Shown here piece after piece: positions 1 through 10,907 of a stretch of 42,603 bases of DNA. The stretch is from Conidiobolus incongruus B7586. Taxonomy: Eukaryota. Every line of letters begins with the position of its first letter. The first letter of the stretch is position 1. The notes beneath the pieces were generated by a model. That model was not told the origin of the DNA. It was given only the letters and a program-made list of their open reading frames with translations, and ran no database searches. The translations under genes and the position numbers were made by a program. The stretch covers positions 1 to 42,603 of the forward strand of contig JNEM01012767.1 in the NCBI GenBank assembly GCA_000697335.1, written 5' to 3'.

Positions 1-657
1 TATCCCTCTGGGGATCGGTTCAGGGTTGTCAATGATGTTGGGAAAGGGGATAATTTTCACGAGGGCATTATGAGAATAAATGCCAGGGAGATCGGCGTCT
101 AGTAGGAGATGTTTAGCTAGAATGACGTATCCATATTTGCTGAAAGTGGCTTTCAGTTTAGCCTCAAGGACTTCGCCGACACCAATTTCATCAATTGCTG
201 GGACATGAAGTAGGCGGATGTTCATGACTGGATGTTGTGGATCTTGTGTGATTTTGGGGATTATCTCGATGCCTTCAACTTTGTAGGTTTGGTGCATGGC
301 ATTATTTCTGTGTTCAAGACTTTTGAATCCCACTTCAATTAATCTGCTTGCCATTCTAGATTGGCCTGAAGAGGCCCCTAAGGGAATGTATGAGCGAATG
401 ATGGCGTTTCTCAAACTGTTGAAAGGTACATCTAAAGGGATAGCATCGGTTTGTTCCGATTTAATATCTGAGAACGAAAATTTAGAGACGTCAAAAACAA
501 GGGAGTATGCGGTAGTAGAGAAGGGTAACTTACCGTTTGCTGCTGCAAGAATTTTTGCGTACGACATCATTGCTTGATTGGGTTGTTTCTGGATATTCGG
601 ATCCGGGGGTGTCGGGGGGGCTATCTTCCTAGCCGGGTCCTCGTTGATAGAGGGCAT
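1..657 (-). CDS. ORF1 (gag-like, RRM-containing nucleic-acid-binding protein) of an L1/Tx1-like non-LTR retrotransposon; 3'-partial, runs off the window start
   Basis: Manual translation from ATG at 657 is open for 219 codons to the window edge: MPSINEDPARKIAPPTPPDPNIQKQPNQAMMSYAKILAAANGKLPFSTTAYSLVFDVSKF...RLIEVGFKSLEHRNNAMHQTYKVEGIEIIPKITQDPQHPVMNIRLLHVPAIDEIGVGEVLEAKLKATFSKYGYVILAKHLL...PIPRGI. The N-terminal PPDP, SYAxI/V motif and RRM-like 'IEVGF..', 'IRLLHVP', 'FSKYGYV' segments are typical of L1-clade ORF1p. Absent from the ORF track because there is no stop in the window. Confidence 0.75.
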   Translation of the reverse strand, partial: MPSINEDPARKIAPPTPPDPNIQKQPNQAMMSYAKILAAANGKLPFSTTAYSLVFDVSKFSFSDIKSEQTDAIPLDVPFNSLRNAIIRSYIPLGASSGQSRMASRLIEVGFKSLEHRNNAMHQTYKVEGIEIIPKITQDPQHPVMNIRLLHVPAIDEIGVGEVLEAKLKATFSKYGYVILAKHLLLDADLPGIYSHNALVKIIPFPNIIDNPEPIPRGI

Positions 658-770
658 CGTTTGTATAGTTGGATGTGTTTTGCTTCTCTCTTCTTTTTTT
701 TTCAAAGTGGTTTCACGCTCTTTGAAGGAATGAGCTCAAGATTAGGTGTGGTTTCCGCTTCTTGAGTAAG
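1..770 (-). mobile_element. 5' end of an L1-like LINE (5' UTR plus ORF1)
   Basis: GC-richer block ending abruptly near 770 against AT-rich flank; contains intact ORF1 and ~110 nt of leader. Exact 5' boundary and TSD cannot be determined because the 3' end lies outside the window. Confidence 0.65.
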
Positions 771-969
771 AAAAAAGCCTTTTTTTAATTTAATTCAATG
801 AATTTGAATTTAATTTAATTTAGCAAAACCAATCTATTTTGATTATGGGTTCAATATATTTAAAAGAACTGTTTCCAAATTGAGTAAAGGTCAGTCTCTT
901 AAACTCACAAAAATATACTGTAAATTAAATAAAAATAAAAATCATTGTATTATTGCAATATAAATAAAA

Positions 970-1952
970 ATGTCTTATCCTATTGAAACGTTCCCTGAGA
1001 GTAGAAAAGAGTGGGAGTTAATTGATAATGTTCAAACAAACCGTGGTAACAAGCTTAAGCGTGGGGTTGAGTACATTCATCGAAAGGATATGACCTGGAC
1101 ACCAGATGGCTTTAAAGTATATATCCAGTTATTATAATTTATACTCAATCCTAATCTCTAATTTCTTTAGCCAGTTCCTTTAGACCACAATAATACTGAC
1201 ACCAAATCAGATTTCAAAAACAATGCTTTAAAAAGTGCGAAAAGTAAAGAAGGTAAGATATAGAATAAATCATATCAATTCCACTTAAATTTATCTTTCC
1301 TTCCTTTTAATTTCATAGGTAAAGAAAATATTAACAATTTAACAAATAGCCAAGGTCCCACTAAGACGGTTGAAACTCTCTTAGAAGATAAAGAATTTTC
1401 CTATTCCCATACGCTAGATATGCAGAGAAAATACTCTGTTGATTTTTTAACTTCCAATCAAACAGAAAAACTCTGCAAAGAAATCCTCGAGCTTGTCCAA
1501 TCCGAATTCGAATGGCGCAAAGGACTTAGAAGGTTCTGCGACTTTATTCAAAACAAAGATTGGGAACAGAAGAGAAATGAATCGTCTCAATTCAAAATAG
1601 CAAAGAGAAGGGCTGTAGAATTAGCTGAGGTCAGTTTACTTAAATAACATTTAACTTTCATATATTTATATTATTTTAGGAGGTTAATCATAACACTTCA
1701 GAATTTGAGAGATATTTAAAGCTAAGTAGATCTAAACTATTGAAAATTCACCAATCTAGGGATGATTATTCTATCATCCTCCACAACGGCGAAACAGACC
1801 CTTCTAAGCAGTTATCGGAAAACGGGAAAAAGCACGCTTCAGACGGAGGAAAATATTCGAAAATGAACAAGCATGGGTCCAAGGTCAAGGCAAAGGGAAC
1901 CCACACCAAACCAATCAATACGAATGGCAAAGGAAAACCTAAAGCTAAATAA
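970..1952 (+). CDS. RXT2: Rxt2-like subunit of the Rpd3L histone deacetylase complex (4 exons)
   Basis: Exons 970-1116, 1171-1252, 1319-1629, 1680-1952 joined by GT-AG introns give a continuous frame: MSYPIETFPESRKEWELIDNVQTNRGNKLKRGVEYIHRK...TLDMQRKYSVDFLTSNQTEKLCKEILELVQSEFEWRKGLRRFCDFIQ... The TNRGNKLKR motif matches the fungal RXT2 N-terminal signature. Merges track ORFs 1420-1647 and 1740-1952. Confidence 0.55.
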
Positions 1953-4000
1953 CATACCATCTTTACTCTATATTTCTCTTATAGGTATTATATACTATAC
2001 ATGCCATTTGATAAATACCGGTATATAATGTCATTTGTCTATTAGTCATATTTATTTACACTAACCGATATTTACTTGTCTCCATTGCTTCGTCCTTATT
2101 AAATCGATATTTTGGAAGAGTTTTGATATAGCTAATTATATGAATTCAGTTTGATTTATAAACTATTCAACTTTACTATCAATTTTTTGCTAATCTATAA
2201 AAAACTAATAAATAATAATATTATATTGATTTTATTCCATTATATTAGTTTATATCATTTTATACCTTTTATTTTTTTAATTTACTATATATTCATATAT
2301 AGCATTATACAACCTTAATTTGGATTCATATTTAATAATAGTTAGAACGCTATCATATAAGGAAATTTAATCATAATTTTTTACTCTATAATTATACTTT
2401 CTTGATATTTAAATATATATATACATACATTTCATGCAAACTACAATGTCTTTAAAAAATAAAAAACGAGGACATCAAATATATTCTGATGGATGATTCT
2501 TATTTTTTATATTTTATTGATTAAATTTTTAATTCTTTAAAAGTATTAATTAATATTTACAATGTTAGTCTCATATCATTTACTTAAATTTAAAGTTATT
2601 ATTAATGTTATATATCTTAATATTTATAATTATCAAATCATTAAAACGAATATGAATTCTGTAAATTTCACCATATTTTATTAAAAAATCAAGTCTAAAA
2701 TTTATAATAACTATCTTTTTATATTTCAATTAAAATCTAAATAACCAATCAAATTGGAGATTTTTCGATTAAATGTAAAATTTCTAAAATTTATTTCTTA
2801 AAAAATTAATGTTGAATTATATGATTATATATTCACTACAGTATGACTTTTAGGAAATATGTTTTATAAAGAACAGTTGGTGAACTAACTTTAAACGACA
2901 CTGATGTTTGAAAACACTTAATATTTTACATTAAGAATCATTGTTGAACTCATGATAGAATCCAACATTAAAAAATGGATCAAACATACAAGTATAATAT
3001 TTCCATTATCAATTATAACCTTTATCATATAATTTTTTATAATACTTTGTCCAAGATAAGCAATGCTGATTATAATACAAGTTATAATTTTTCCTAAAAT
3101 ATAATTATGTGATTTAGAGAAATTATACAATTTTATTATGGATTTTTTAATAATCATTTTGATATAATGTCTTATCCAATTGTGAATATTATTGAAATTT
3201 TTAAGATTTAATTTATATCATTCATATTGATCAAGTAATGTTACAATCAATATATTTGAAAAATTTCATTTAATATATAATAAATCGATCATAGTTAAAA
3301 GACATATACATTAATCTTTTAGAAATCATTACTACTTGAAATTGAATTTTAATATATTTGATATTATATTAAACTTAAAGTGAGTTTATTAAATAAATTT
3401 GTTAATAAAGACTTGAAATTTTATTTAAATATTTCAAAAATAAATAATTTTTAAATTGATTTTAATTTTAATTCTATATTAAAAGAGAGTTGGACAATTA
3501 GAGCTGAAAAATAATGTCCTATTTTTTAATTATATTATATGTAATCCTTTGTAATACTGTTTTTTAAAATATATGAAAATTTACAAATTATTTTAATTAA
3601 ATATTTTATCAAAAAATTAGTAATATAAAGAATAAAAGATTATCATTAAAAATTCAATATTTAATTATTATTCAATGGAGTTAATAAGTTTTTGATATGA
3701 TAATATAATACTAAATCATTTTAAAAAATAACATTGTTAATATTGTTAGGTATTTAAAATTAAAATAAATCAAATTGATTAAAATAATTAAAATTGATAA
3801 AATATGAAAATATAGATAGTTACTTAAATAATAAAAAAATAATATTTAACAAAATAAATATTATTACCTCAAAATCAAAAAGATTGAAAATTTTTAATTT
3901 TATTTTTTAAATATAATATTATTCAAGAAAAAAAATTATATATATATATAATATATTTTATTACAAGAATAACTTTTAAAATATATTATTTAATTTAATT

Positions 4001-4927
4001 ATATTTAAACTATATAGTAATTATAAAAGGTCTTTTATTTTAATATTATTGAAACTTAACCATTAACTTTTTATCATTATTTAAAAGATATAAATAATTT
4101 ATAAAAACATTATTTTATTTAAATTAACTATTTATCACTAGATATATTACTTTAAAGCTAAAAAAAATATTATTTAAAATTTATTAAAATTTATGGAATT
4201 AATTTTAATTATTATTAAGATATAACTTATATCAAATATATATTTTCATTTTATTTATAAAGATATATTATAAATAATAAAATTTAGACTAGGATTGATT
4301 AATAAAAATATAAAATTAATATCTTAAAATTTAATTAAAGATTAAAAAACCAAAGTGGTTATAATTAAATAATACTTATTAAAATATATTCAAAGATAAA
4401 GCCTTTTATAGCAAATTATTATAATTAATGAGTTATAAATCTTTTTATATGATTAATTACCTAAATATTAATCAAAATGCTAAGCTAAATTTAAATAGGT
4501 TTTTTGATAAATTCCAATAAATAAATATAAACTATTTTAATATTTTATAATAATATATACTATTTATATTTAATTTATTAAAAAATTCAATTAATAATAA
4601 GATTTACTTTGTTTTTATAATTATTTTAAATAGAAAAAAATATCGTAATTAATATATTCACTAGATTATAACTTATTTAATTATAATTGCTTTAAATAAA
4701 TAAAAAATAAACCTATAAGAAAAATTTATAATAAATAAATTTAATTGGTTTATAAAATGTCAAATTTCAATTTTTAATAAAAAAACATTTTTTAAGTATT
4801 AGAAGTTTGTTAAAAATATAATAAAAAGAGTATAAATATTTTTATATATTTATTTTAGTATATTATATATTAAATTGTTTATTTATTTTTAATTTTAAAA
4901 AAGCCCAATTATTTAATATCTAAAGTA
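4001..4927 (+). mobile_element. Hypermutated mariner transposase relic, copy A (internally deleted) with 3' terminal sequence
   Basis: Start ATA at 4001 (M->I), then 'RSFILILLKLNH'. At ~4412 'IIIINEL*IFLYD*LPKY*SKC*AK' (TVDESW-type catalytic motif); at ~4630 '*KKIS*LIYSLDYNLFNYNCFK*IKNK' (W..LPHPAYSPD..DY); at ~4790 'FLSIRSLLKI**K'. 4401-4520 aligns without gaps to 34551-34670. The 3' end 4897-4927 resembles 35185-35216. A possible 5' TIR lies near 3495-3530. Confidence 0.75.
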
Positions 4928-7030
4928 ATAAGAGTATATATTGCTAATAATAAAAAATATTATATCTTAAGATTATTGAGTGAATATTATATTTATATTT
5001 AAAATTTATATATTACTATGATTTTTGGAATAAATAGAAGATTATTCAGCAACAGTTAATAAAATCAGTAATAAAAACTGCAAAATCTAGAAAATAACTA
5101 TTGAAAATCAGGATGAATATATTAAAAAAATATAAATATTAATCTATAATTAAAAATAAATATCAAGTTTTTATATGATATATTAATTGAATTAACTTTG
5201 CATTTATATAGTTTGTTTTAAACAGTTTGGGTTATCGTTAAAAATTCATGATTTTCAAATATTAATTATTTCATTCAAACATTCAATATATCTGATAAGA
5301 GTATATAAAATCGTAATGACGCTGGTACTAAATTAATCATTATTTGGGTCTGTATCTTCAGTCAATAAAAAATAACCACTCTCTAACCACATATTAAATT
5401 ACAGTTATAATTAAATTTTTTCTTAAATATACAATGGATAATTAATCAATTATATTTTAGTATATGCTACATTCTGTGGTAAAATAATATGTAAATACAA
5501 GTACCATAAAGTGGAGGGATTATCATTAATGGCTGTCAATTTAAAAATGATTTAATTATTTAGAATATCTTAAATTGTAAAAAAATTCTAATTCAATATA
5601 AAAATATATAATTCTAGATTTTCCAAAGTTGATAAAAGTTCGAAATATACGACATTATGGAGAGAATATAATAATTAAAATACTTTGAATTTTGAAAAAA
5701 AATTAAACCGAAGGACTAGTACAATGTGTATATATTTGCTCTATTAGTACTTGTATTAAATTGGTTGCTTATAAAACTTGATAGAAATATTTTATAACTG
5801 GTTAAAATTTATATTAATAGGTAATAATGTGATAATATAACATATTTGTTGATTTAATCACCGTATATCAAATTGCTAATGTCTAATAAACATTAAGAGT
5901 AATATCATTTATTATCATGAGATTAATCCAACTGTGTTTTGGGTTTAAAGATTTCAGCATCCTTGGCAGTTTTAATTCCTATTCATTATTATCTATTTTA
6001 TTTTTCCATAAATGAAGCTTATTTTTTTCGAACAGACAATAGTAAACAATACTGCACTGGAAAAATTGTGCCTATGCAACTAAGACATGATCTGTATTGC
6101 CGAATTTTATAATCAGTATTAGAGTTATCTATTAAATAATACATATTAAATTAATTATAACCATAAAAATAACATATAGTAAGCAATTTATTTATATGAT
6201 TATCATACAACTTTTATAAATTTTATCGTTAGATGAATGTATTAAGATTTTATAAAAAATTAGTAACTAGTTTGCATAAGGAATGATGGACCAGTGTGAC
6301 CTCGTTTGCCTTATACCATAAATACTATCATAAAACTATATTGTGTCGCATATACTCAAGTATCCACTTAATGGAAATCAACATATATATATATTTTAGA
6401 AAATATTAATATTCTTAGGTTGAAAGTACTAATGTTAACATAATTTAGTAATTGATAGTCCATTCTAATATATAAAAGTGAGAAAACTAGAATATTGGAC
6501 ATCTTTAAATAAATTAAATCATTTATTAAAAGAAAAATTTTGATTATATATTTTGTAAATTAAATAACTAATCTATATTAAACCGAGTAATTTAAGGTTA
6601 AAATATATAAATATTGTAAAGATTTAATTAATAAATAAAGAAACAAGTATAATAATTATATTTGTAATTAGAAATAAGCATTTATATAATCTCATTAATA
6701 ATTAATAATTGGAGAGATTAGGTTATAAATTAGTTGAAGGAATTTTGATAAAGTGTGAAAAAAAGAAATGGATTATCCGATTTGTTCCGAGTCACGATAT
6801 TGTAGAATTTAATTTAAATGATTGGTTAAATTATAATTCCCATAATTATAAAATTAAAAAAATTTTATTAAACCACACTTATTTAATTAACCTTCTAAAC
6901 CCAAAAAATATAATTTAAAAAATTTTTAATTAATTATCCAATCAATCAAAAAATTTTCTTCATATTTATTCTCCTCCTTAATTAGGTAATTTGTTTTTTT
7001 AATTGTTTCAACTGAAATTGAAATTGACTG

Positions 7031-7253
7031 ACGCGAAACTTTGACACGAACCTTCCACATTTTTTCCTCATTATTCTCTCAATTGATTGGTCCATTCCCA
7101 CCTCCTACTGACGCGTTAGCTTATCCATAACACGCTCATTATAGAAATTATTTTTCGTGTTTTATTTAATTTTTTATATTTTTCCCCTTGTTTAATTTAT
7201 CAATCAATATTTAAAGCACACGAAATCCTAGTATTATACTCATAAAATCGCGT
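7031..7253 (+). promoter_or_regulatory. Cluster of MCB/SCB (MBF/SBF, also E2F-like) cell-cycle elements upstream of RNR2
   Basis: ACGCGAAA 7031-7038, ACGCGT 7111-7116, TTTCGTG 7153-7159, CACGAAA 7219-7225, TCGCGT 7248-7253, in otherwise CpG-poor DNA. CCAAT box (ATTGG) at ~7086. Confidence 0.7.
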
Positions 7254-7292
7254 TTCTAGTTTTACCTTTTTATCTGATTTATATTGATTAAA

Positions 7293-8336
7293 ATGGCTGA
7301 TCTTCTTCCCCCTATGATTGACCCTGCCAATGACGACAAGCTTCTCACTCTCGAGAAGGAAGAACCTCTTCTTCAAGAAAACCCCAATAGATTCGTCCTC
7401 TTCCCTATTCAATACAATGACATCTGGGCTATGTACAAAAAGGCTGTTGCTTCTTTTTGGACCTGCGAAGAAGTTGATCTCTCTAAGGATATGAACCACT
7501 GGAATACTTTGAACGACGGTGAGAAACACTTTATTAGTCATATATTAGCTTTCTTTGCCGCTTCTGACGGTATCGTCAACGAAAATCTCGTTGAACGCTT
7601 CAGCAATGACGTTCAAATCCCTGAAGCCCGCTGCTTCTACGGGTTTCAGATTATGATTGAGAACATTCATTCCGAAATGTACTCTCTTTTGATTGATACC
7701 TACATCAAAGATCCTGCTCAACGCGATCATCTTTTTAACGCAATCGAAACCATCCCTTGTATCAAGCGCAAAGCCGATTGGGCTCTCCGTTGGATTAGCG
7801 ACAAAAAGGTCTCCTTCGCTGAACGTCTTCTTGCCTTTGCTGCCGTCGAAGGTATTTTCTTCTCTGGTGCCTTCGCCTCTATCTTCTGGTTAAAGAAACG
7901 TGGTAAGATGCCCGGTTTGACTTTCTCCAACGAACTCATCAGCCGTGATGAAGGTCTCCACTGTGATTTTGCTTGTCTATTGTTCAAACACCTCAAGAAC
8001 AAGCCCTCCCAGCAAAGAATCTACCAAATCATCACCGAAGCTGTTTCCATCGAACAAGAATTCTTGAGTGACGCTCTTCCCGTCTCTCTCATTGGTATGA
8101 ACTCTACATTGATGGGACAATACATTGAATACGTTGCCGATCGTCTTTTGGTCGCCCTCGACTGTGACAAGTATTACAACGCCGAAAATCCCTTCGACTT
8201 CATGGAATTGATTTCTATGCAGGGCAAGACCAATTTCTTCGAAAAGAAGGTCGGTGAATACCAGAGATCTGGGGTTATGGCCTCCCTCAAGCGCGAAACC
8301 ACCGCCAACGTCTTCACTTTGGACGCTGACTTCTAA
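7293..8336 (+). CDS. RNR2: Ribonucleoside-diphosphate reductase small (R2) subunit
   Basis: Intronless. Motifs [57 protein letters not shown]-terminal FTLDADF. The true start is ATG 7293; the track start at 7284 is a TTG. Confidence 0.98.
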   Translation: MADLLPPMIDPANDDKLLTLEKEEPLLQENPNRFVLFPIQYNDIWAMYKKAVASFWTCEEVDLSKDMNHWNTLNDGEKHFISHILAFFAASDGIVNENLVERFSNDVQIPEARCFYGFQIMIENIHSEMYSLLIDTYIKDPAQRDHLFNAIETIPCIKRKADWALRWISDKKVSFAERLLAFAAVEGIFFSGAFASIFWLKKRGKMPGLTFSNELISRDEGLHCDFACLLFKHLKNKPSQQRIYQIITEAVSIEQEFLSDALPVSLIGMNSTLMGQYIEYVADRLLVALDCDKYYNAENPFDFMELISMQGKTNFFEKKVGEYQRSGVMASLKRETTANVFTLDADF

Positions 8337-8534
8337 TTTTCCTCATCATCTTAAATTTTCCATCAACATTTTATTTTTCCCAATTCCTCGTGATTTCTTG
8401 GGCTGTATTTAGTAGTATCACTTAACATAATAAATCATATAATATATATAATAGTAATCCCTTTATTTAATACAAACGCCTTATTTCTAAATACCACTTA
8501 CGATTAATTAATTCAATTTAATTCCTCCTTCACT

Positions 8535-8690
8535 TTATCAGATAAATTAAACCATTAATCTTCAAATATATTAATTTGCATAAATCAAGATAACTTACGT
8601 AATATTTGGTCAATTTCTTTACAACAAACTGTTTAATTAATCTGATAATTCCCAATACTATCAAATTCTTTATCAGATATATATCTGATT
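8535..8690. promoter_or_regulatory. Cluster of ATCWGATAA extended GATA sites (SreA/Fep1/Urbs1-type consensus)
   Basis: TTATCAGATAA 8535-8545 (matches on both strands), ATCTGATAA 8640-8648, TTATCAGAT 8670-8678, plus near matches at 8584 and 8682. Confidence 0.45.
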
Positions 8691-9396
8691 AAACTTCAAA
8701 CATAAAAGTTGGTTATAAATAATCTTGATTAATAATCAGCCAGTATCTTAAGTTTTTTTTTAATTTTATTATCCATGGTATATATAATAGGATTCTGTGA
8801 TAAATTGATTATATCATTATAGAGTAATTAGTTTATATTATAAAATACTAATAAAAATATAAAACGTATATTTAATAAGCTCATAAAATATCCTTTTTCT
8901 ATTAACTTGGATTAAGAAATTTAGGAGTAATTTATATATCCAAAAATTTGACGAAAATAGGTTTAATAAATTAGTACTTTTCAATGTTTTATATTGTACA
9001 AACTTTATTTATTATCCATTTAATATCATTAATAACACCCAAGAATTTTATTTAAAAAAAATGCTTGATTCTGATTTAATGACTTATAAATTTGATTTCA
9101 TCAATCTATTTAAATTTACAACTTTATTAGTAATTATCTTGTTCAATTGGATCTGGGACGATAATTATTCACATCAAAATTTTTCCATAATTAAATATAT
9201 CAAAAATGCATAAAACTATATTAAATTAAGTATTTCTAAATTAATCCATGAATGGTCTCAATATAGAATCTGTTTTGTACCAGTTCAATTCTTTAATCAA
9301 ATTTATGCAATCTTAATATCAATAAAATCGAATTAATGTTCAAAAAAAATTATTATCACTTTTTTATAATTAATAGACTATATTTTTTATTATAAA

Positions 9397-10461
9397 ATGT
9401 TAGCAAGCGATTTTGAACCTTTAAATACCAAATCAATTTCAAAATTATGCTTTGGAGCAGCTCCTTTAGGCGGTGTTTATGGGGATATGAATCAAGAGAT
9501 CGCTAATCACACTGTTGCTGAAGCGTTAAAACTAGGTATAGCTGTATTAAATCAATATCTTTAGTATTACTAATCGTTGTTAGGTATTAATTTATTTGAT
9601 ACTTCTCCATACTATGGCGACAGTGAAGAAGTACTTGGTAAAGCATTGATTAATTGCGGAGATCAATTTATGAGAGATCAGTATATGATCTCGACGAAAG
9701 TAGGAAGATATGGTTTAAACGAATTTGACTATTCTTCAACTACTGTAGAGAGATCTGTTATAAATAGCTTAAACCTGTTAAATACAACTTATTTAGATAT
9801 TGTCTACTGCCACGATGTGGAATTTGTGGCATTGTCAGATGTAATTGACAGTGCTTTACCCAAGTTATTTGAATTGAAAGTAATTAAACATTCATTTTAT
9901 TGTATGGTGATATACTTATTATTATATTAGAGACAGGGAAAAATTAGATACGTTGGTATTAGTGGTTATCCACTTCATTTACTAAAGCAAATAGCTCAGA
10001 TCATGTATCAGAGAGGCACTCCATTAGATGCGATTATGACATATTGCCACTATAATCTACAAAACACATCTTTAGTCGACGATCATATTATTGATCAATT
10101 TCATGAGTTTGGTATTAAACTAGTTTTTAATGCATCTCCCTTATGTATGGGGTTATTGAGCCCAAAATATCCCGATTGGCATCCTGCCCCACTTGAGCTC
10201 AAGAAATTGGCCCAGAAATGTGTCTCTCTCTGTACTGATAATGATACCAGCCTTCCTAAAATATCCACTCAGTTTGCTCTCAACTGCCCAAGTCCATATC
10301 TTACAGCCACAGTTATTGGTTGTTCTTCGCCAGATCAAGTCAGACAAGGTATTAAATGTCTTCAACAGATGAATAAGGGCTTCAATAGTTCATTAGCTAA
10401 ACAATGTCAAAATATCCTTAAACCATATAGAAACTATAGTTGGCAATCACCATCCGAATAG
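9397..10461 (+). CDS. Aldo-keto reductase, D-arabinose 1-dehydrogenase (Ara2)/L-galactose dehydrogenase-like (3 exons)
   Basis: Exons 9397-9535, 9584-9879, 9931-10461. Motifs LCFGAAPLGGVYG, GINLFDTSPYYG, STKVGRYG, FDYS, YLDIVYCHDVEF, GKIRYVGISGYPL, NASPLCMGLL, PDWHPAP. Confidence 0.9.
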
Positions 10462-10565
10462 ATCCATATATTATAGATATAGACGATCCAAAATAACAAA
10501 TAATGCAAATAATTAAATATTTTTATTTATTAAATTGACAATATAATATAAAAATGATAAATAAT

Positions 10566-10907
10566 TTAATGCTGATAACTATACTCTTCAGATTCTGGAT
10601 TAAAATTAATGTCATATAAATCGTAATTCTTAAAATAACTTAGATAACTTGGTTGAACTTGATCTACATTGGGTAAGTTATTGACTCCTGCAGCTTTCAA
10701 CCCTTTGGTAGGCTTAATCTCAGCTTTCACTGGATTTGTTTTATCATTCTCAATTTCGCGGCAGAGCACTATATCTAAAAAACATTTGTCCAATCCCAAA
10801 AATCTTCGATTCAATTGAACTGAGTTTTCATTAGGTTCTCTAAGTGTAAATGGTATACAACAAACTAAGTGAATAAATATTAATTGAACCAATAGATAAA
10901 TTAGCAT
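10566..10907 (-). CDS. Orphan small secreted protein (signal peptide, dibasic RR site, 2 Cys after the RR site)
   Basis: 113-aa ORF with hydrophobic N-terminus MLIYLLVQLIFIHLVCC|IP, coding-like composition, and a TATA-like TATATAAA ~60 nt upstream. Confidence 0.65.
   Translation of the reverse strand: MLIYLLVQLIFIHLVCCIPFTLREPNENSVQLNRRFLGLDKCFLDIVLCREIENDKTNPVKAEIKPTKGLKAAGVNNLPNVDQVQPSYLSYFKNYDLYDINFNPESEEYSYQH

Noticed and set aside
296..765. + strand ORFs 296-577 and 574-765
   Set aside because: Antisense shadows of the LINE ORF1 and 5' UTR on the minus strand.
2880..3157. Hydrophobic minus-strand ORF 2918-3157, possibly a decayed membrane-protein gene
   Set aside because: Very AT-rich, flanked by stops, no recognisable motif; cannot distinguish from chance.
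5300..6400. Patches of moderately GC sequence suggesting a pseudogene
   Set aside because: No sustained reading frame or recognisable protein motif on either strand.
6709..6918. ORF of 69 aa
   Set aside because: TTG start, AT-rich, lies in the RNR2 upstream region; no motif.
7200..8002. Overlapping ORFs within RNR2 (7200-7541, 7545-7730, 7693-7893, 7727-8002)
   Set aside because: Antisense or alternative-frame artefacts of a biased-codon gene.
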